The notes beneath the pieces are model-generated. The model searched no databases. It was given only the letters and a program-made list of their open reading frames with translations, and was not told the origin of the DNA. A stretch of DNA of 60,830 bases, counting the filler, from Stramenopiles sp. TOSAG23-3 (Eukaryota), in NCBI GenBank assembly GCA_900128585.1. It is 6 parts of 6 records of this genome, joined end to end, with 100 filler letters (N's around TTAATTAATTAA, not from the genome) between each part and the next. Parts side by side here need not be neighbours in the genome. Positions count along the whole stretch, not along the records: positions 54,940 to 56,836 come from LT645266.1; positions 56,937 to 58,833 come from LT645267.1; positions 58,934 to 60,830 come from LT645268.1; 3 more parts are not named here. One strand, given 5' to 3'. How positions within the stretch are numbered: the stretch's first letter is position 1; every line of letters begins with the position of its first letter. Made by a program: the position numbers and the translations under genes. Shown one piece after another: positions 55,648-60,830 of this stretch.

Positions 55648-56448
55648 ATGGACTTTGACACGCTGGATTTTGGTAATTTTGACTTCGAAAACTCTGCTTT
55701 CGAAGGTTATCGAAACGAGAAGAACAATGAAGACTTACTAGATGATGCGTCCACAAGCACAGTAGACCGCTCAAGCCCTGAAATACTCAGCGGTGATGAC
55801 GAAGGGGTTTTCGACTTCGCCACGCCAACGCTGGCAAGCATGGAGGCTTTCCAAGCTTGCAACTGGGACGATTTTTCGGCTGCGAACTTTTCACCACTGG
55901 AACAATCGGTATTCTCGTTCGAATCTGCCGAGAAGAAAACAAAGGTGTTGAAACGAAGCCGTGTGGTGACAAAGCCAAAACCCTTGGAAAGGAAAAGGGC
56001 GTCTATATTTGACTCGTCTTCGATTAAATCGGCCCCTGCCCGGAAGAAACAGAGAAAAACGGGGGTACCCACGAAAAGAAAACCTGCTGCGAAGAAAAAG
56101 AAGCAGCCCACAAAGAAAAAGCTTAAGACCAAGGCATCGGGAGCCACAAAAAAAACCAAGAAGAGGGGGCCTTCGAAAAAGAAGTCCACCATTTCACCCA
56201 AAAACAAAGACGACGGTGTCGTCAGGATTGGAATATACACCCTTCCCGAACGGAAAGCGCTGTTGGCGAGGTTCCGAGAAAAACGACTCCGTCGTATATT
56301 TCGAAAGAAAATTAAGTATGACTGCCGCAAACGCTTAGCGCAAGCGCGTCCACGATACCGAGGAAGGTTTGTCAAAGTCTCTGATATGCCTGCATATTTA
56401 GAAAGTTTGAAAAACAATACTCCATTTGTTCCGCAACCGAGCAAGTAA
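55648..56448 (+). CDS. CCT-motif protein
   Basis: IGIYTLPERKALLARFREKRLRRIFRKKIKYDCRKRLAQARPRYRGRFVK; acidic N-terminus and basic linker. Confidence 0.92.
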   Translation: MDFDTLDFGNFDFENSAFEGYRNEKNNEDLLDDASTSTVDRSSPEILSGDDEGVFDFATPTLASMEAFQACNWDDFSAANFSPLEQSVFSFESAEKKTKVLKRSRVVTKPKPLERKRASIFDSSSIKSAPARKKQRKTGVPTKRKPAAKKKKQPTKKKLKTKASGATKKTKKRGPSKKKSTISPKNKDDGVVRIGIYTLPERKALLARFREKRLRRIFRKKIKYDCRKRLAQARPRYRGRFVKVSDMPAYLESLKNNTPFVPQPSK

Positions 56449-56836
56449 TAGAGTTTCATTAATGGAAACTATTTTCTATTTGCATTTCTCCCCCCGCGCA
56501 TCAACGGTTCGCTTTTCGTTTTCGTTCGTCGTGCTGGGGAGGTTTGATGGAAGGATGTTAAAAATTACTTCGTGGGACCAGTAATAGTAATTTCCACATA
56601 CTTATAAAAAAGATACCGTATTCTACATTATAAAGTCCCTATATTTATTGATCATTTCTTTTTTTATTGGTGGTGTGTATATGAGTTTCTTTGCCAGCAA
56701 TTTTCTCTACGAGAACAAATCCCGCCAGCAACGAGAGTTTGTTTCGGTTCGAGCCCTAACTTAAATGTTAAAATAATAAAAACAAAAAAGTATCCATCAA
56801 ATTTTCGTTTCGTTTTGTTTTCTTTTGTAGAAATTT

Positions 56837-56936
56837 NNNNNNNNNNNNNNNNNNNNNNNNNNNNNNNNNNNNNNNNNNNNTTAATTAATTAANNNNNNNN
56901 NNNNNNNNNNNNNNNNNNNNNNNNNNNNNNNNNNNN
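56837..56936. other. Artificial contig linker
   Basis: N44-TTAATTAATTAA-N44. Confidence 0.98.
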
Positions 56937-56938
56937 GG

Positions 56939-57766
56939 GGGCGTATGGGTCGCACCGCCATTGGGAAAAAGAAACGGAGGCGCACCAAATCAGGTGGTGT
57001 CGATGGTGGCGTAGATGGGAAGATGAATGTTTTCAGCATTCCAGACACCTCTATGGCTGCACCTTATGCCGAACACATCAACGCCATTCCCCCGGATACA
57101 GAGTACGATTTTGGTAAAAAGAACAAGAAGTGGATAAGCGACATAAAATTTTATCAACCTAACAACAGCAATCAAAAGTATTTAGCCGTGAGCGATCATG
57201 ATTCAAAAGTTCTCATATACATGATGAAAGACTCCAAGAAGTTTTGGCCGTGTATAGGCATGTGCAAGAAAAGTCCGTCTTCTGTAACGCACATTGACTT
57301 CGGACAAAAAGGACAAGACGTCTACATCCGTACAAATAACCTTTCCTTGGAAGTCTTGCGCTACTCAATCAAAAAGGACACAAATGGGAAGTATAAAGTA
57401 AAGCAAGAGACCCGGCTTCGAGACGTAAGAGATGTGAAATGGGCCAGTAACACTTGCGTGATGGAGTGGGGAACAGAAGGGATCTGGCCCCAAGGTGCGG
57501 CTAGCGACGATATTAATTCAGTCTGCACATCACCAGACAACAATGTCGTTGTCAGTGCCGATGACCATGGACATGTAAATATGTTCAATTACCCGTGCAT
57601 AACTAGCGGTGCAAGTGCAAATGTCGGGAAGGGGCACTCGTCCCACGTAATGAATGTACGGTTCAGCCATGGGAAAGGTGCCAAAGTCAAAACTGAAAAT
57701 ACGAATATTTTCTCTGTAGGAGGCAATGACAGGGCCCTGTTCATGTGGAAACTTAAAAAGGTTTGA
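56939..57766 (+). CDS. EML/EMAP-like WD40 protein, C-terminal fragment (5'-partial)
   Basis: SSVTHIDF, VRDVKWASNTCVMEWGTEGIWP, DINSV, MFNYPC, GHSSHVMNVRF and SVGGNDRALFMW motifs. Confidence 0.88.
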   Translation, partial: GRMGRTAIGKKKRRRTKSGGVDGGVDGKMNVFSIPDTSMAAPYAEHINAIPPDTEYDFGKKNKKWISDIKFYQPNNSNQKYLAVSDHDSKVLIYMMKDSKKFWPCIGMCKKSPSSVTHIDFGQKGQDVYIRTNNLSLEVLRYSIKKDTNGKYKVKQETRLRDVRDVKWASNTCVMEWGTEGIWPQGAASDDINSVCTSPDNNVVVSADDHGHVNMFNYPCITSGASANVGKGHSSHVMNVRFSHGKGAKVKTENTNIFSVGGNDRALFMWKLKKV

Positions 57767-57965
57767 AAGAGAGAGAGAGATTGGCTGTGCGTACATAAAA
57801 AGAAAACCTAAAATTCAGTTTATCTTTTTAAAATATAACACAGGGCCAAAATTATAAAATTTATAATAGCCATTATTTTGTTTTTAATAAATTGGAGCCC
57901 AATAAATTTTGAACAGCATTAAAATATGTAAGAATTAGCGTTTGGGTTTCACTTTTGTCTGGTTC

Positions 57966-58832
57966 TTACAGTACCATATACTCTGCGTCCTGTTCTGACA
58001 CTGCATGCTTGGAATTTTCCAGGGAATGGTATGTAGAGACATTGAATTGAAGTGCACGATCTTTTTTTGTTTGTTGTGTAAAATACCATTTTGTATACAG
58101 CAAAGCAGCCAAAAGCACCACCCCAACGGAGTACGACACGAGAACAATAAATTGGGATGGCTTGTGAAATACTATGCCCATCAAATTAATGATCACGTAA
58201 AAAAATTGATACGAGGCTGTTTGGGCGCTGCCAAATGAGCCTCTGTTTTCCTCGCTTACCCTTTCCTGAGTCAATTGAGTTATCACCAAGTCGAACGACC
58301 ACAGACCAATTCTTCCGATCGACATGGACGCCATCAATACATAGTCCGTTATTCTGGACACGCCCGCCAAATAAAAAGACACGACCCCCGGGGCGAGAAG
58401 GATCCAAAACAGCCACATCGCAGCGACCCCGGATTTTTCGAGGGATCCAACGCTGCGCCGGATGCACAAAAACACAGAAGTACCCATGAGGCCAAAGAGT
58501 GCACCAGCCCCTCGAGCAAATCCAAAGTGCGTTGGAGGCACCCCACGCCAAAGAAGGTACGATGTGATCAGAGACCCGTTGTCTAACACCGTCATCCACA
58601 GCATGGTATACGCCAAACTAGCAGTGAACAAGTCATGCGAAAAGTATAGGCCCCACCCATAGCACATGCTTGATCTCTTCTTGTGATCTGGGGGGTTGCT
58701 CGCCCTGCTGTTTCGTCCACTGCTCGAAGATGAAGGCTCTTCTGCACCTTTGCCACTCTTTGGCCCTTTCTGCCGCAGCACAGGGAATGCATCGTAGACC
58801 ATCGTGTTCAGTATCAGCTCGACTGGGAAGCT
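57966..58832 (-). CDS. Ferroportin (SLC40A1) family iron exporter, C-terminal half (5'-partial)
   Basis: SLAYTMLWMTVLDNG, YLLWRG, RGAGALFGLMGT and RIGLWSFDLVITQLTQERV..RG motifs. Frame is open to the contig edge. Confidence 0.9.
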   Translation of the reverse strand, partial: SFPVELILNTMVYDAFPVLRQKGPKSGKGAEEPSSSSSGRNSRASNPPDHKKRSSMCYGWGLYFSHDLFTASLAYTMLWMTVLDNGSLITSYLLWRGVPPTHFGFARGAGALFGLMGTSVFLCIRRSVGSLEKSGVAAMWLFWILLAPGVVSFYLAGVSRITDYVLMASMSIGRIGLWSFDLVITQLTQERVSEENRGSFGSAQTASYQFFYVIINLMGIVFHKPSQFIVLVSYSVGVVLLAALLYTKWYFTQQTKKDRALQFNVSTYHSLENSKHAVSEQDAEYMVL

Positions 58833-58833
58833 G

Positions 58834-58933
58834 NNNNNNNNNNNNNNNNNNNNNNNNNNNNNNNNNNNNNNNNNNNNTTAATTAATTAANNNNNNNNNNN
58901 NNNNNNNNNNNNNNNNNNNNNNNNNNNNNNNNN
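58834..58933. other. Artificial contig linker
   Basis: N44-TTAATTAATTAA-N44. Confidence 0.98.
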
Positions 58934-58934
58934 G

Positions 58935-59357
58935 GTTCGGATGGAGAAAGTCATGGATGCTATGTCTGCCGCAGAGTTAGTTGCGCTTGTAAAGAAAGAG
59001 AGGTTGCAGAAAGATGCGCTGGAGGCTGACATCTTAAAATTGAGACGGAAAGTGTCCGATTTTGAAGGGAACATATCAGGTGCATTTAACAAGAGGTTTG
59101 CAAGAAGCACATCCAAAGAGTTGAAAACCATGCAACAGAAGGTACAGGAAAATCGCCTGCAGCGGTTGACAACGTTGGCCCAGAAGAAGCAAACCTTGAC
59201 GAAGAAGAATACAGAAACCTTTGAACCTGAGAAGGAGGAAATCGGGGAAGAAAGCACTTGGTTTTCCTTGGTTGACGAAGAAAGCGGGCATCTGTATTAT
59301 TGCAATAAGAACACAAACGAAGTGCAATGGGATCGGCCAGAATTGATGAATACGTAG
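58935..59357 (+). CDS. Coiled-coil protein with C-terminal WW domain (probably 5'-partial)
   Basis: WFSLVDEESGHLYYCNKNTNEVQWDRP. Confidence 0.8.
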   Translation, partial: VRMEKVMDAMSAAELVALVKKERLQKDALEADILKLRRKVSDFEGNISGAFNKRFARSTSKELKTMQQKVQENRLQRLTTLAQKKQTLTKKNTETFEPEKEEIGEESTWFSLVDEESGHLYYCNKNTNEVQWDRPELMNT

Positions 59358-59505
59358 AGGATTAATACGTGGAAGAACGTTTTTATTTTAAATATCCCGC
59401 GTGAAAATTAATATCGTATTAACACTTCCAACTTGGTAGTAGAACAAAAGAATAGTTTAACATATTAATTTCGTAAAAATATATTATTCAAAATGATACA
59501 CCTCT

Positions 59506-59545
59506 TTAAAAACAAGAAAATTGGCTGTTATTTAAGTAATTAAAT
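59506..59545 (+). repeat. Isolated core copy of the repeat family
   Basis: taaaaacaagaaaattggctgttatttaagtaattaaa. Confidence 0.88.
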
Positions 59546-59752
59546 ACCTCTTTATTCATTACACATTATATTATTTTTTTTGCATACGACGCCCATCCCC
59601 AGACCTCCATGCAACTGGGCAATTCGCAACCTTACATTTAGAGAGCTAAGAATCACATGAAAAAGAACCATTGGTATGTTTTTGTTTTTAGAAGGTTAGC
59701 ATTGCTGTTGGTCTGATTGAAGCGGCTCAAGAAAGACTTCTCGACGAACCTC

Positions 59753-59971
59753 TTATTTGCCATCGCCACGTATAATCCACGCGGCAACAAGAGAACCTAT
59801 CCCTGCGACATAAACCAAAACGGTGATCGCCATTCCAGCTGGGTGAGCAACGTTTGCAGCACAAACAGACTTCCCGCACTGCGCTCGATCCCTCCCACAA
59901 ACGCAAATCCTGGGGTCGTTCTTGTTTGAATAGCAGCAAGTGAATTCAGGATTTTTCTGATAATCAGCCAT
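59753..59971 (-). CDS. 72-aa single-TM microprotein, DUF5808-like
   Basis: YSNKNDPRICV...ANVAHPAG followed by a hydrophobic helix; resembles the Y-x-N-x-x-D-P-R...N-F-A-H-P pattern. GC-rich island converging on the WW gene. Confidence 0.6.
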   Translation of the reverse strand: MADYQKNPEFTCCYSNKNDPRICVCGRDRAQCGKSVCAANVAHPAGMAITVLVYVAGIGSLVAAWIIRGDGK

Positions 59972-60830
59972 TGGTAAATAACAATGCACTAAATAATCCT
60001 ACGAAAATCGAACTCAAGAATATGTCAAAAATCCTTTCGCGATTTGGCAAACAGTCAACAGTACTATTTCGTGAAACATTCATATGGAATGGTTTATCAT
60101 CTCATGTTTTACTTTCAATGAAGGATCCAGGACTCCGGTTACTCTGACGTACTCTACGAGGAGATATTGTTGATGGTTTCAAACTTGGGCATTGGTCGTC
60201 AGATTTTATTATTATATATTTTATTTTTTAATTTGAGCATTACGGGGTATTTAGACCCGTACTACCAGGTTTTAATACCGGTACAGCAGCAGGAACCTTC
60301 CGTTATTTTTCTCTTCTTTTTTTGCTCTTTTTCTTCTTTGTTTCTTCTTCAGTTGTTGTCAAGTCAGTCAAAAAATCCCCTCACGCGTACCTGGTACTCA
60401 GCATTACGACTTCTCTTTTTTCTATATATTATTATTTTTTATATTCGTTTTTTTTATTATTATTCTTCGCGAATAATACTACGAGTATAACTACGACGGA
60501 ACTGCATGTGATAATACTAGATGTATAATTTTTAATAATAAAGATCACCAACCACTTTTTTATTAGGATTTATTCTTTTTAATTTAGTCAGCAGAGAGCA
60601 GAGAAGATAATTCTTCTTCTTCCTCCTCGTTTTTCCCTCGTGCGTTCTTCTTCCTTCCGTCCTCTCTCATAAATTTGTTTGATCATCATGCGCTTGCATT
60701 GCCCAATTTACATCGGCAGAAAGAATTGTGAGGGCTGCATGACTGAATGCAGTAAATTTATTCGAAAGATATTTTTTGTTAATTGCAGAATATTGCAGAG
60801 AGAAAAAAATGCCGAGTTAAATGTTTTGCG

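Noticed and set aside
49849-57766. Two EML-like genes close together as a possible cluster
   Set aside because: They lie on different contigs separated by linkers.
18301-58933. Recurrent TTAATTAATTAA flanked by N runs, and three segments of exactly 1897 bp
   Set aside because: Artificial six-frame-stop linkers joining separate contigs. The equal lengths most likely reflect contig ordering by size. No gene-neighbourhood inference across linkers is valid.
60688-60830. Open frame running off the window end (MRLHCPIYIGRKNCEGC...)
   Set aside because: Under 50 codons, no recognisable motif, could be 5' UTR.

Overview
This window is not one locus. It is six unrelated contigs (1-18300, 18401-36600, 36701-54839, 54940-56836, 56937-58833, 58934-60830) joined by artificial 100-nt linkers (N44-TTAATTAATTAA-N44). 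The DNA is a compact, gene-dense, apparently intron-free eukaryotic nuclear genome in the standard code, with AT-rich spacers. A marine protist, possibly a stramenopile, is my inference from gene content. About 25 genes are visible: GFA/CENP-V-like, Tubby, RNI-type LRR, inositol 5-phosphatase, GlcNAc 2-epimerase, COX19, Hook-like, a >4,880-aa FN3/Cys-rich multi-TM surface protein, protease-less FtsH, trehalose-phosphate phosphatase, RRP42, a J-protein, a RibD-like/Nudix fusion, a secreted GH99/71-like protein, roadblock, two EML-like proteins, CCT, ferroportin, WW and small ORFs. Most interesting are: (1) a phage-tail-fibre-like protein with an intact peptidase S74 autocleavage chaperone followed by a C-terminal membrane anchor; (2) a modular palindromic repeat family whose clear copies all lie between convergent gene ends, while GAA/TTC tracts mark divergent spacers and gene orientation alternates almost strictly; (3) nested domain insertions in the giant receptor; (4) the RibD-like/Nudix fusion; (5) a tiny DUF5808-like membrane protein. 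Three frame-breaking lesions may be assembly errors. All family assignments come from motif recognition by eye; no database searches were run.
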